A program made the position numbers and the translations under genes. Source: Octopus vulgaris (lineage: Eukaryota). Taken from it: a stretch of DNA of 64,000 bases. Position 1 is the stretch's first letter. Each line of letters begins with the position of its first letter. The notes under the pieces were generated by a model. That model was not told the origin of the DNA, searched no databases, and saw only the letters and a program-made list of their open reading frames with translations. The stretch covers positions 1,798,001-1,862,000 of the forward strand of contig OX597826.1 of NCBI GenBank assembly GCA_951406725.2, given 5' to 3'. Positions 1 to 13,003 of the stretch are shown piece by piece.

Positions 1-370
1 GTGTGTATGTATGTATACACGTAGGCGTGTACGTATGTATGCAGCATGTATGTCTATAGATGTATGCATGTATTTATGTCTGCATGTATGTATGCATGCA
101 TGCATGTAGATGTGCATGTATGTGTGTGTATGTATGTATGTACGTATGTATGTGTGTATGTGTGTATGTATGCACGTAGGCGTGTACGTGTGTATGCAGC
201 ATATGCCTATATATGTATGCATGTATTTGTGTGTATATATGTACGTATATATTTATAGATGTGTGTGTATGTACGTATGAATATACGCATGCATATCTAT
301 ATATACATGTGCATCTATGTATGTATGTACATATGCACGCATACATATATGCTTGTAAACATATACGCAC
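1..370. repeat. Degenerate (TATG)/(TG) microsatellite with an internal ~156-bp-spaced duplication
   Basis: Low-complexity TATG/TGTG tract; the motif cacgtaggcgtgtacgt occurs twice. Confidence 0.9.
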
Positions 371-404
371 ACTTGGTTCAAGGTTAGATATCATTACATA
401 TGTG

Positions 405-845
405 GATCTAATTACTAAACTTCTTGAATGTTTCACATATTTTGACAGTGTCTTTGATAGCTAGTTGCTATAATCTTTTGATTATGCGTTCTCTTTCCGG
501 TTTTGTGAAATTTAACCTCTCGAGTTGGCATCGATGCTGCTAGTCATGTTCCCAAATGCACAAGTAATTATTGGCAGGAATCTAAAGACTATAGTCCGGA
601 TGATAAACCTGTGGATTTCCTATTAGTTCGGCATAAATGTTGCCTTTGTCAGTAATCTATGATATTATGTTGACATCATATAGTCGTAGGCGTGGCTGTG
701 TGGTTAAGGGGTTTGCTTCCTAACCATGTGGTCTTGGGTTCAGTCCCACTTCGCAGCAACTTGGGCAGGTGTCTTCTACTATAGCCTCAAGCTGACCAAA
801 GCATTGTGAGTGGATTTGGCTGACGGAAACTGAAAGAAGCCTGTC

Positions 846-879
<34 letters not shown>

Positions 880-1340
880 GTGTGTGTGTGTGTGTGTGTA
901 TGTGTGTGTATTTGTTCCTCACTACCGCTTGACTGTCAGTTTTGATTTGCTTACGTCGCCGTAACTTAGCGGTTAGGCAAAAGTGATTGATAGAATAAGC
1001 ACCATATTTTAACAAAGCAAAATACTGCTGTCGATCTGTTCGATTAAAAATCCATGAAGGTGATGCCCCAGCATGGCCGCAGTCCAATGAGAGCCACAAG
1101 TAAAAGATATGAAAATCTCCTGGGCAAATGATTTCAGTTGTTGCGCATAGGTTCTTTTCCCTGTTCCTAATCACGATGTCTGGTCTGTTACGCTTGCATT
1201 TTATTGAAGTGTTAATCGAGATCTTCCACCAGCTTTCTTTCATAAAATTGCGCGTTTATACTCTCCATGTCACCGTAGATCCTTTTTATTTGTCTCCTCA
1301 GGATTGTCAGCATCTTTGAAAAGCAATTTATCTGAAATAG
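405..1340 (-). mobile_element. R4/Dong-like non-LTR retrotransposon 3' remnant (restriction-like endonuclease domain), split by a SINE
   Basis: Minus strand reads WWKISINTSIKCKRNRPDIVIRNREKNLCATTEIICPGD (1112-1243). Past the SINE it resumes DVNII..DKGNIYAEL..FLPIITCAFG..DTVKICETFKKF. This matches the PD-(D/E)xK C-terminus of R4-clade ORFs; stops and frameshifts are present. Confidence 0.75.
683..1108 (+). mobile_element. SINE family A (tRNA head, CORE-like body, internal TA/TG microsatellite, CR1-like tail)
   Basis: Head tggctgtgtgg...gggttcagtccc (A/B-box-like); body ttgggcaggtgtcttctactatagcc; tail gatgccccagcatggccgcagtc. Matches many other copies in the window. Confidence 0.9.
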
Positions 1341-2449
1341 ACATCCTGCAATAAATAGCGAGTGCGAAAGCGATCTGAATTAACCAACTGGAAAAGATGT
1401 CTTCCTAGGGTTGAAGCTGCTGTAGCATCTTCTCATACAAAACATCCACGTTAAAGTGGCGATAAACACTCCTTTTTGAGTCGTATACTGCTTCTATCTC
1501 GGATGGAGATTTTCTAACGGATTAGTTTCCTAGTTACAAAATCAGTGATTATATGACATTGTATTCCCTGTATATCGCAAGCGACTTTGAACTGCTGCTA
1601 TGCTTGGTAAACGAATGCCCACAACTGAGGAGATCCAATAAGATCGAAATCACGTGGTCTGGTGGTCTTGAAGCTAGGGTGGCAGGAGTTATCTCCCGCT
1701 TGCACTAAATATGGAGTGCGGAAGCGCACTGAATTGATCAACTGGAGGAGGTGTCTTCCTGGGGTTGAAGTAGCGGTTTCGTCATCACTTAGAGAAGACC
1801 CACGTTAAAGTGGCGATAAACACTTCCTTAGACATGGACAAGCTTTTTCCAGAAGCGAGGCGTATGAAGTATGACTCATCAGCAAGCGGGCCGCACTACT
1901 AGACAAAAAAAGAAAGAAATTCAAGGTAAATTTTTGTTGCCATTCAGTAAGTCCAACGGGCCGCAGTTTGCTCATTACTGATCTAAAACGTAAATTAACC
2001 ACGCGGTTATTGTATTTAACTCAGGGATTTGTTTTTAAATCCAAGCAAGGGCGGTCACCCCTGCTTCTTTATTTACAAATTGTATTTTTACTGTCATTGG
2101 TATTTAGTAAATGTAATGCCGTTTTTTATTCTTATATATATAATTTCTGTTTCTTCTAAATTATCTTAATTGAAATTCCCGACTTAAAACAGATATTTTC
2201 CAGATGCGGGATGTGTGGGATATTTCGAGAAGTTGAGATGCAAGAGCTTCTACAATCTTTGCTGTATTTAGACCTAAACGGAGTTCTTTAGTTCGTGCCA
2301 CATTGTTAGACACATGACGAACCAAGCTTCCTCCAACGGGTTTGATTTACGGCTGCACTTTCACCTCCTGTCTCTCTGGTCCTTGTGCATTTGAGGTCTT
2401 CTGGGAATGCTAGATATCACTTAGAATTGAATGATTAAACAGCAATATC

Positions 2450-3490
<1,041 letters not shown>

Positions 3491-3748
3491 GAAATTATAA
3501 TAAACTCGTTCTATCTATTTATATGGAAATATTTAATTATAAAAAATATGATAAATTTATCAAACAAAATCAAAACAAGACAAAAAAAAAGACATATTAA
3601 TAATCTATTAATTAGAAAATAAATGTAATTAATAAAGAATTGTGCTTAAGTGATGACGGCATTTACCATATTTGGTGAAATAAAACGTGCATGGGCATAT
3701 TAGACACATCCCTGTTCCAGCAGTGTATTTTCAAGAATAATTAGTTTA

Positions 3749-3968
3749 CAGTAATCCCTCGCCATATCGCGGTTCACCTATCGCGGTTCACCTATCGCGG
3801 TTCACCTATCGCGGTTTATTCCTCCGTCGATTCCTCCGTGGTGTTGTTTTGCATTTATAATAAAATAAATATATGCAAATTATAAAAATAATAAAAAAAA
3901 ATATACAGCGGGGGCTGGAGGTGGCAGGGCTTTGGAACATTACACTCGCGATAGTCGAGGTATTACTG
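3749..3968. mobile_element. pogo/Tigger-type MITE (Tc1/mariner superfamily)
   Basis: TIRs cagtaatccctcgccatatcgcg / cgcgatagtcgaggtattactg with TA on both sides; internal tandem cgcggttcacctat. Confidence 0.85.
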
Positions 3969-4444
3969 TATGACAATCTGGCCAACAGTCCGAGGGAAGC
4001 AAATTTCCGGGTCAAGGTTGGAGCCAGAAATTTCGCAGGCAATTCTGCTTACGATCTGATGAAACAATTCTCATTCTCTAGGAAGAAAAGGACCAAAGCC
4101 CTAAAAACAATATCCGAAACAGCAGAGAGTTGTTCCAGTTGGATCTGATCGAGAAGGAACGAAATCGACCTCCATTGCTGTCAAAAGGCAATGTTTTTGT
4201 ATTTTAACGCCAAGGAAAGTAACTCTGAGTGAGTCATTGTGACAGCGTTGACGGAACACCGTTACCATAACAACCAACGTTGCTTCTTCTTTGAATACAA
4301 GTTTGAAAGCTGAGTAAACGAAGAGGAGTTACAATTCAATGAAATCTCCAAGTGGTTTAAATGCACAAGTCTCCGACATCCAAGTGTTTAAAGTGTCAAC
4401 GGAAGGGTTGCCAGGAGCTACGATCTGGATTCGGCCCGGCTTTC

Positions 4445-4790
4445 TGAGAGTGTAAGAAGTTAAGGGACGAAACACTTACCTGAGTGGGGTTTCTTCTCGG
4501 AAGACCTTCTGCTGTTCAACTCTCTTGAGAGTTTCTTACCACTAGGCCCCAATGCAGTCTGGCCCCTTTAGAGTGTAAGAAGTTAAGGGCCGAAACACTT
4601 GCCTGAGGGACGGGGGTTTCTTCTCTGAAGACCTTCTGCTGTTCAACTCTCTTGAGAGTTTCTTACCACTAGGCCCGAATGCAGTCTGACCCTTTTAGAG
4701 TATAAGACGTTTAGGGCCGAAACACTTGCCTGAGTGGGGCTTCTTCTCGGTAGACCTCCTGCTGTTCAACTCTCTTGAGATTTTCTTAAC
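4445..4790. repeat. Tandem minisatellite, ~3 x 122-125 bp
   Basis: Unit agagtgtaagaagttaaggg(a/c)cgaaacactt...ctgctgttcaactctcttgagagtttcttaccactaggccc...aatgcagtctg repeated three times. Confidence 0.9.
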
Positions 4791-5219
4791 ATCAAATTTC
4801 TATACAGGACCCGGGGTGAATTCTTTTGAGACATTGTAAAAATTCAATGTGCATCTTTTATGCCGTCAAATATGTTATATGAATTACATAAGATGTCATA
4901 AGTTATATGAATTATATAAGAGGAATTACATAAGATGTTATATGGATTACGCAAGATGAATTACACATGTTATATGAATTACATAAGATTAATTGCATAA
5001 GATGTCTTTCAGTTTCCGTCAGCCAAATCCACTCACTTATGGATAAACGAATACACTGCAACAGTTTAATAACAATATAATCGAAACAAGCGGCAGTAAC
5101 CACACGAATTGTAACAACAATCTTTTAAGAACCAACAATCCAACACGCTAACTCGAACTGTGAACTTTGAACTCCAACTTTGAACTATCAACACATGAAC
5201 TGTGGAATTAGCGTGCTGA

Positions 5220-7105
5220 TTTTATTAAAACCAGGGGTTAAACAAAAAGGGGGCAATACACAGGACAAATAAGGGTCGGGGACTTGTCGGATGAAATTAC
5301 TTATAGTGAATAAAATCATCGTAATTGCGAATGAAAATGAAAGAATGAATGGATGCGGAATGGGTTTGACCCCCCACCAACCCCATTCTTGTGTTGAACC
5401 GTTTACTTCGTCCTCCCCACCCCCCGCTTTATTAGGCACTTACATACCCAACATTCAGATTACTTTCTTCCGTCTTTTTCGTACGTCAGGCATTTCTTCT
5501 CCGGATGTGCTTTCCCTCTTGGGTGATATAAAAAGAGCTTAACCAAAGCACGCCCGGAAACGTAGGTGCCAGATGCGCTACCTCTTCCACACGTCTTCCA
5601 ATAACTTCTTTCGCTATAGCTGTTATGGATAGAAAACAAAATTTCTCTTCTCTTTTTAGAGGAGACGGTGAAACGATCTTAGTAATCGATTCGGCTGACA
5701 GTTGAATTCTCCCCAGCCGTGACAGTACCTGTTCGGTAGAAACCCACGGGTCCAAGACACACGGACACTGTACGATTGCGTGCAGAGCAGTTTCGTTGCT
5801 CTGCTCGCAACGTGAGCACGTAGGCGAAACAGTGACGCCGTGCCCCTCGCGAGTTTATCCCGAACTGGCAAAGCACTTCGGAAGCGCAGCCAAGCCAGGG
5901 ACCTCTGGAAGTTGTCCATCGGTTCATGGTCGAAAGTTCTTCGATGCAGGTTGACAAAGTGACTTTCATCGAAATCTAGAATCTCCCCCAGGCCGTCATC
6001 ACACTTGCCCTCTGCCAGCCGCCTAGAGTACGCCGAGGTGGTACCTGCTCCTCCGGCATTGCTCGTTCGGGAGAGAAGCACGGGCGCTCGTCGACACTCT
6101 GCTTGCCAAGCTCCCAGCTTTGGTCTACGCTTGATCCAGCATTCCAGTTCACTAAAAGAGGTGAACTTGGGAAATATCTCGTTAACAAACGGAGACCACG
6201 CCCGCTCACCGTCCAGGTAGAGCCAGAGATGCCTGAATCTCAGCGCATGCCTCCGCATTTTTAGCCACAACATCCCTAACCCACCCTTTAGCGGCTGTTG
6301 GCAGCAGACAGAGCGCCTTACAAGAGGCCGCCTGCCCTCCCACAAGAAGTGAAAGAGCATGCGTTCCAACTTGTTGAGCCACGAATCGGGGCACGGCACG
6401 GCAGTTAGGCGGTAGGTAATGACATGCGGTAAATACATTTACCATCTCCGCTCTCCCTTTAAGACATAGCTTCCGCCCAGACCAGGCCTGGGTTATGGAC
6501 ACCACCCTACCCGTAACCTCGTTCCAATTCTTCTCTATCTGGAGGTCTGGACCAAACCAGACCCGAAGCATTTTCACCGGATCGACTGTCCAGCGTCCGA
6601 TGACGCTGTTGGACGGCATCGACTTGCCTTTCCAGGTGTCGAGCTATAGAGAGTAGGTGAGCCCTAAAGAGTGGCAGGAGCAAGAATTATAAGACTTATC
6701 CCGGTTAATTCTTGCTCCTGCCACCGCTTCGTAATCCTTTAGGGCCTCACCTACCCTCTGTAGGTCCTGGTTCCCGAGTACGATGATAGTGACATCGTCC
6801 GCATACGCTGTGACTGACTTTCCATATTCTAGATCATGCGGGTCTCCACTCGTCGCCTCCAAACTTCGCAGTAGCGGCTCGAGAGCCAGTACATAAAACA
6901 GGGGCGAGAGTGGATAACCTTGACGAACCGTGCGTTCGATATTGAACGATTCCGAAAAGAAACCGTTCATCCGAACTACCGACTTGATGTTGCTATATAA
7001 ATAGTTGATCCAACCGCGGAATGTCGGGCCAAAACTGTCCGCCTCGAGGACCGCCGCCAGATACCGATGGTCTACCCTATCAAAGGCTTTGGATTGGTCT
7101 AAATG
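5220..7105 (-). mobile_element. Decayed 5'-truncated Tx1/L1-clade LINE (RT to 3' UTR)
   Basis: RT motifs LDQSKAFDRVDH, VRQGYPLSP and YADD, then GPDLQIEKNW, FHFLWEG and LPVRDKL across frameshifted ORFs. Colinear with the copy at 58 kb; ends with AATAAAA at ~5220. Confidence 0.93.
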
Positions 7106-7144
7106 GACCAACTCCCTACCTTTGCCAGGAACCACCTCACTTAC

Positions 7145-7364
7145 TCAGATCGCTACTATTCATATGTAGTGGTCCAGTCCATTCTCGCCAGTGGGCGGCG
7201 TACTCTCGCACAACACAGAGGGAGAAAAAAAACCTGTTGCATATTCTTGTTGCATAAGAAAGACTTCAGAATTGCACCTTCTGGTTGACGAAAGGGTAGA
7301 TAATAATAACTGATCGACTGCGATATCAGGCGCTAATAACATCTTCCTGGCAAGAGGGACTGAT
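7145..7364 (-). other. Candidate host exon (possible 5' UTR plus start codon, MNSSDL..)
   Basis: Non-repetitive 220 bp bounded on the minus strand by acceptor tttattatttttcacag| and donor |gtaagtg. No frame is open end to end; ATG at 7163 gives MNSSDL before the donor. Confidence 0.4.
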
Positions 7365-7469
7365 CTGTGAAAAATAATAAAGATCAGTTTTAGTACATTG
7401 ATTTCGTGTCGTCTGGTATATGTACTATTAGTTAGGCTTATGGTCATAATCACATTTTTGTACCACGCG

Positions 7470-7570
7470 TAAGTACAGGGATCGATTTGTTCGACTAAAA
7501 TTCTTCAAGGTGATGCCCCAGCATGGCCGCAGTCCACTGACTGAAATGTAAAAGATAAATAAAAAGATAA
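7470..7570 (+). mobile_element. SINE family A 3' fragment
   Basis: gatcgatttgttcgactaaa...ccccagcatggccgcagtccactgactgaaa. Confidence 0.8.
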
Positions 7571-8147
7571 AGGTAATTTAGACAGTACATGCGATTCACT
7601 GAGAGAGAGAGGGGAGGAGAGAGAAGGGGAGAGAGATAGAGGGGGAGATAGATAGAGAGGAGTGTCTAAGATACACTAAATAATAACGGTGAATAACCTG
7701 GATCGCTTCACAAAGAACCAAAAGATAATTCCTTTATGAGCAGCTGCAAACCTTATACAAAACGCAAATTATGTTCTTGGTTTAGTCAGTTTTGTATATT
7801 CTTTTAATACTTTCCGGAATCTCTCTAATAAAAGAAGAGAGGTTTTCTCTATTAACTAAGAAACAAAACCGTATTGTTGAAAATACAGACAACAATAGAA
7901 TGATCTACAAGCCGATGCTAAACTCTGCAATGTCTTGAGTATTTAAAAAATATTTTGGCTTACCAAAATCCGTGTTGAATGGCAGAATTAAGAAAGTATC
8001 AGACGAATTAATGTCGTTTCTGTATTAAGTCACGGCTCTTAATGTTCGATGTTCAATTCTTGGTTTTGCTTTGCGTTAGTCCACATTACTCCGTTGTGAA
8101 TATAGGACCGGTTTCCCGGTTTCTCTGGCGTATATATTCTTTCCTGG

Positions 8148-8190
<43 letters not shown>

Positions 8191-8404
8191 CACATACGGG
8201 TGTATGTAGTTATGTGTGTGTGTTTAGTTCCGAAAGGCTCTGAAACGTTGCGCCCTCGAGGAAAATGAGTTTCATTTGAAATAAGAATGTCCGTAAATAA
8301 TAATTTTAAAAAAGTATAATTTGCTACAAGAAGTAATTCAACTGTTAGATCTACAAATCTACTCTATTTGTCACCATCAGTCTATCTCTCTGTATTATTT
8401 ACGA

Positions 8405-8471
<67 letters not shown>

Positions 8472-8736
8472 TATATGTATTATCTCTCACGCATTGCTTT
8501 CATTTTGTTTAAAATCCCGTCTTCTAATGTTTAATCTCATTTTATCAAAGGTATTACGTACAAATCCTGTTTTCTGATTGGGTGGACATGACCAAACTCT
8601 AAATCTCTATGAAATTTTTCTAAAATTTTGCTGGAATAGATAAATCACAAACTTAGATTTAGCGTACATTAATATACCCAATTTGAAAATTTTCACTTTA
8701 TTTTAAAATTTCAAAATCTGTGACAGCAACAGAAAA

Positions 8737-9415
8737 GATCTTTTGACCGACAGATTTAAGAAAATAATTTTTTGTAACTAAACACTTTCAAACTTCGGAC
8801 ACTGGTAGAATGTGTCATATAAAATATCTTTTACTCTTAGTGTTGTTGAGAAAAAACTTATATTTACGAAGTTATTTAACGTTAAAGTTGTCGTAATTGG
8901 ATAATTTCAACCAATCAATGACGTGTATTCAGCTGAATAAGAATACTGAAGTTGTTTGTCAACAAGAACTATCGGCGGTGTATTTTTCGTTTGTCACTGT
9001 TATTTATGACATCGTTCGTGCGTTTGTACTGGTTTTAGCTTTAAGGTTTTAGGGTTAGGATTAGGGTTTTAGAGTTAGGGTTAGGGAGTTAGGGTTAGGG
9101 AGTTAGGGTTAGGGTTAAGATTTTAGGGTTAGGGTTGTCATAAACAACAGTGACAAGCGAAATATACACCACCGGAAGTTCTTGTTGACAAACAACGGCA
9201 GTAATTTTATTCAGTTGAATACACGTCATTGATTGGTTGAAATTACCGAAATACGACAACTTTAACGTAAAATAACTTCGTAAATATAAACTTTTCTCAA
9301 CAACACTAAGAGTAAAAGATAATTTATATGACACATTCTACCAGTGTCCGAAGTTTGAAAGTGTTTAGTTGCAAAAAATTATTTTTTAAATCTGTCGGTC
9401 AAAAGGTAAAGATCC
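8737..9415. mobile_element. Foldback MITE (~270-bp inverted arms) with a central TTAGGG tract; related to the Merlin-like MITEs
   Basis: Arms 8737-9010 and 9137-9415 are reverse complements, starting gatctt..ttgaccgacag and ending ctgtcggtcaaaaggtaaagatcc. Arm sequence is shared with the elements at 35014 and 39327. Confidence 0.85.
9036..9137 (+). repeat. Interstitial telomere-like (TTAGGG)n, degenerate
   Basis: Multiple ttaggg units interspersed with variants. Confidence 0.85.
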
Positions 9416-9504
9416 GATCTCTCTCTTTCATTTTTCGTTATTCACATGGTAAACTTTCCCCTTCTCTCTGTATGTATCTATCACTCTCTCTCTCTCACTC
9501 TCTT

Positions 9505-10051
9505 TAAAAGTATATAACAATGAGAAAAAGTTTTAAAGAATTTCTCTTTTGTTTTTAGATTGCGTTTCATTCTCCGTTTGAAAATAACGGAACCGGCGAT
9601 CGTAACGGTGACCACCAATTTCCAATTTTTTTTTTTTAACTTTCAAAGCTTCTTCCATCACTTTTAAGTGCGTACTGCCAGAAAAAAATAATTTTAAAAA
9701 AAGCCAAAATCGGTACTGAGTGGACGGAAGGGGGTTGGAAAGATTCATAAATTTCCTTTCTTTCTGTTTTTTTTGTTTTTGTTTTACCGAAAAATCATTG
9801 CAAAAAAAAAAAAAAAAAATTAATAATTTGGCAAAATCAGTCCGGAAGTGGGACGGGGGATTCATAAATGAAAAACAAAAACAACTGTTTTTATATAAAT
9901 ATAAAAAGCTTCTCCTCGTCATTTGCAAGGCTGTGGCGAAAAGAGAATTGAAATATCTCCGTCAAAACGGAGAAAACCCAACTTATGCAGGCTTGTTCCG
10001 AAAATCCGGCAAGGTATTTTATTGCGAAAATTATCCGGCAACTCAGCTAGT
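9505..10051 (-). mobile_element. Helentron/HINE-like non-autonomous element
   Basis: Minus-strand start actagctgagttgccgg resembles the actagc..ccgg starts at 32294, 51136 and 57421. Confidence 0.45.
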
Positions 10052-10293
10052 GTGTATATATGTGTGTGTGTGTATATATGTATATATGTGTGTGTGTGTA
10101 TGTGTATACATATATACATACATGCACACACATACACATACACACACATACACGCACACACACACACACACGCACACACGCACACACGCACACGCACACA
10201 CACACACGCACACACACACACACACGCACACACAGATGAAATTAAGGACAACGATACATACTGGATTATGTCTGGCAAGAAGCATGAGGCAAG

Positions 10294-10522
10294 GGCGGCG
10301 AACTGGCAGAATCGTTAGCACGCCGGGCGGAATGCTTTGCGGTATTTCGTCTGCTGCTACGTTCTGAGTTCAAATTCCGCCGAGGTCGACTTTGCCTGTC
10401 ATCCTTTCGGGGTCGATTAAATAAGTTCCAGTTTCGCACTGGGGTCGATGTAATCGACTTAATCCGTTTGTCTGTCCTTGTTTGTCTCCTCTATGTTTAG
10501 CCCCTTGTGGGTAATAAAGAAA
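10294..10522 (+). mobile_element. SINE family B (tRNA-like head, Meta-like central domain, Tx1-type tail)
   Basis: ggcggcgaactggcagaatcgttag...gagttcaaattcc; central gtcgactttgcctgtcatcctttcggggtcg; tail tttgtctcctctatgtttagccccttgtgggtaataaagaaa. Confidence 0.88.
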
Positions 10523-10594
10523 CAGATACATACAGGGTTTGAGGTAGAGAGACAAGATAGATTGTTGACCGGAGAGCTGACTGGTTGGCAGCAG

Positions 10595-10645
10595 AGATAG
10601 ACAGACAGACAGACAGACAGGCAAACAGACAGACAGACAGACAGG

Positions 10646-10676
<31 letters not shown>

Positions 10677-10704
10677 GCAGGCAGGCAGGCAGATAGATAG
10701 CTAA

Positions 10705-10737
<33 letters not shown>

Positions 10738-10741
10738 AAGA

Positions 10742-10781
<40 letters not shown>

Positions 10782-10785
10782 TAGC

Positions 10786-10857
<72 letters not shown>

Positions 10858-10895
10858 CAGACAGATAGATTGATAGATAGATAGATAGACAGACA
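10595..10895. repeat. (AGAC)n/(AGAT)n microsatellite
   Basis: Directly visible. Confidence 0.95.
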
Positions 10896-11304
10896 CATCT
10901 TTCTCACTCACTCTCTTTCTCCGTCACTCTCCTCCGTTTCCCCCCTTTTATCTCTCAACTTTATCTGTCAGCTGCCATCTTTTCCAATGTCTAAATCCGC
11001 CATCTTGACTCTGACAGTTTCTTATATAAATACATATTATCTGTGTCTTTCAATCGTTGTTAATTTGTTTCTTTCATCGTTTTCGTTTGCTCTTTGTCTC
11101 TTCCTAATTCCTTCTTTATTTTCCTTCTCTTTTCATCTTCCTGGATTCCGTTGTTCGTCTCCATCATCACCTTAATTTCGACCTTTTTCCGTATCGTTTA
11201 TTATCTTTTTTTCCCCCTTTTCCTCCTCTTAATATGTATTTGTTTGTAGACCACAAATTTAGGTCAAGTAATTATTTGACGTGTTCCTTGATTAAGCCAG
11301 AGAA

Positions 11305-12135
11305 CGCCATTACCGTAGCTGCAACTACAACCGCCACCGCCACGACGACGACGACGACCACAACCACTACAACCACTACCATCACCATCAACACGACAAG
11401 TACCTGCACCACCACCGCCACCGCCGCTATCACCGCCGTTATCACCACCACCACCACCACCACCACCACCACCACTTGTACGAGCAACACCAGCACGAGC
11501 ACTACCACAACCGTCATCATCATCACCATCCTCCTCCTCCTCATCATCATCCTGATCATCATCTTCATCGTCGTCGTCGTCGTATCGTTATTATTATCAT
11601 CACCATCATCATCATCCCGTTCATCATCAAGATCATCATCATCATCATCACCTTCATGATCATCATCATCACCATCGCCATGCTCTTCAATTCCCCAACA
11701 TCAGCAGCACTACAATCATTATCATCATCATCATCATCTTCACTAGCAACATCAGCACCGTCGTCATCATCATCATCGCCATCGCAAACATCAGTCATCA
11801 ACACAACTACCATCGCCATCATGGCTGTCCAGTCTGCTTTTATTGTTACTTGCTGTTGGTGACGACGACGACGACGACAACAACAACAGTGATGAGGATG
11901 CTGCTGGCGTGTGGTGGTGTTGATGATGACGTAAACAACGATGGCAGCAACGCGTTCTGCGATAATAACAATAAAACCGATAACAAAAAGTACGACGTAA
12001 AAGAAACGCAATAACAACAACAGCAATGACGATGATAAACACATCAAACATGAAAGAACAATAGAAGATATTGTATGAAAAGAAATTACCGGACATGGCT
12101 TGGAGTGGTGGTGGTGGTGGTGGTGGTGGTGATTT
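11305..12135. repeat. Trinucleotide-rich low-complexity tract (CAC/CAT/GAC/AAC)
   Basis: Mixed trinucleotide runs; the poly-T/S/H/V ORFs are artefacts. Confidence 0.9.
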
Positions 12136-12969
12136 GTTTTATTAGCCACAGGGGCATGGATGAGGAGGACATCACTTGGACAATCAACAACCTGTGTGTG
12201 GGTGGGTGGGGTTTGCATAAAAGATGAGAAGAAAGAAATGGGGAAAACGGTTTAAATGTTATAAAAAATAGTAAGCGTGGCTGTGTGGCAAGAAGTTTGC
12301 TTCCCAACCATATGATACTGGGTTCAGTCCCACTGCGTGGAACCTTGGGCAGCTGACTTCTTGCACAAGCTCTCTCCCAACCGTCGCTCTCCAATCTAAG
12401 ATGTGCCACCCATCTTGATGATGAGCCTTCCGAGCCCATTGACCATTACAAGTTCTGCTTCCTCTGTTATGTCAGTCTTTGCGCACGTGAGGCGTGACGT
12501 CCCCTTTACAGCAATTCTTCCGAGATCACCGACGCCCCCTCCTTAGTCTTCCTCACTAGCCTATATCTAGTAACCTACCGTCTTGTGGCCATCGGTGTAT
12601 ACTACTGACTTGTGGGAGCCGTGAGTGGGAGCCGCGTACTCGTCGGAGACTAGTGCTCCTGCCCACGTTCCAAGATATACAGGTGACAGGTTGACAATGG
12701 TGCTACTTCTTCTTCTTCTTCTTCCGAACGACACTAACCATCACTTTCAGCAGACTGTATATAGCCATAGTAGCCTCATTAGCTGCGCAAACACCAATAG
12801 TACAACATCACTATTGTGGATACCAAAGAGTCGACTCAGAGAGGATGGAGAGATGTGATGCGAGAAATCTGTAGTTTAATTCTCAAAACTATTTCAGCCT
12901 TTGTGTGCCAGTGTGTACATCAGTGTGTGTGTGCGTGTGTATAGTGTGTGTGTGTGTTTGCATGAGGTC

Positions 12970-13003
<34 letters not shown>

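Noticed and set aside
4445-4790. CRISPR-like array or tandem retrozyme
   Set aside because: Whole units repeat without unique spacers, the context is eukaryotic, and no CUGANGA box precedes the stem-GAAA.
9036-9137. True telomere or chromosome fusion site
   Set aside because: Short, degenerate, single orientation, and enclosed by MITE arms.
11234-12218. Mucin-like, poly-His or membrane-like ORFs
   Set aside because: Trinucleotide microsatellites open in several frames on both strands, with no splice or domain evidence.
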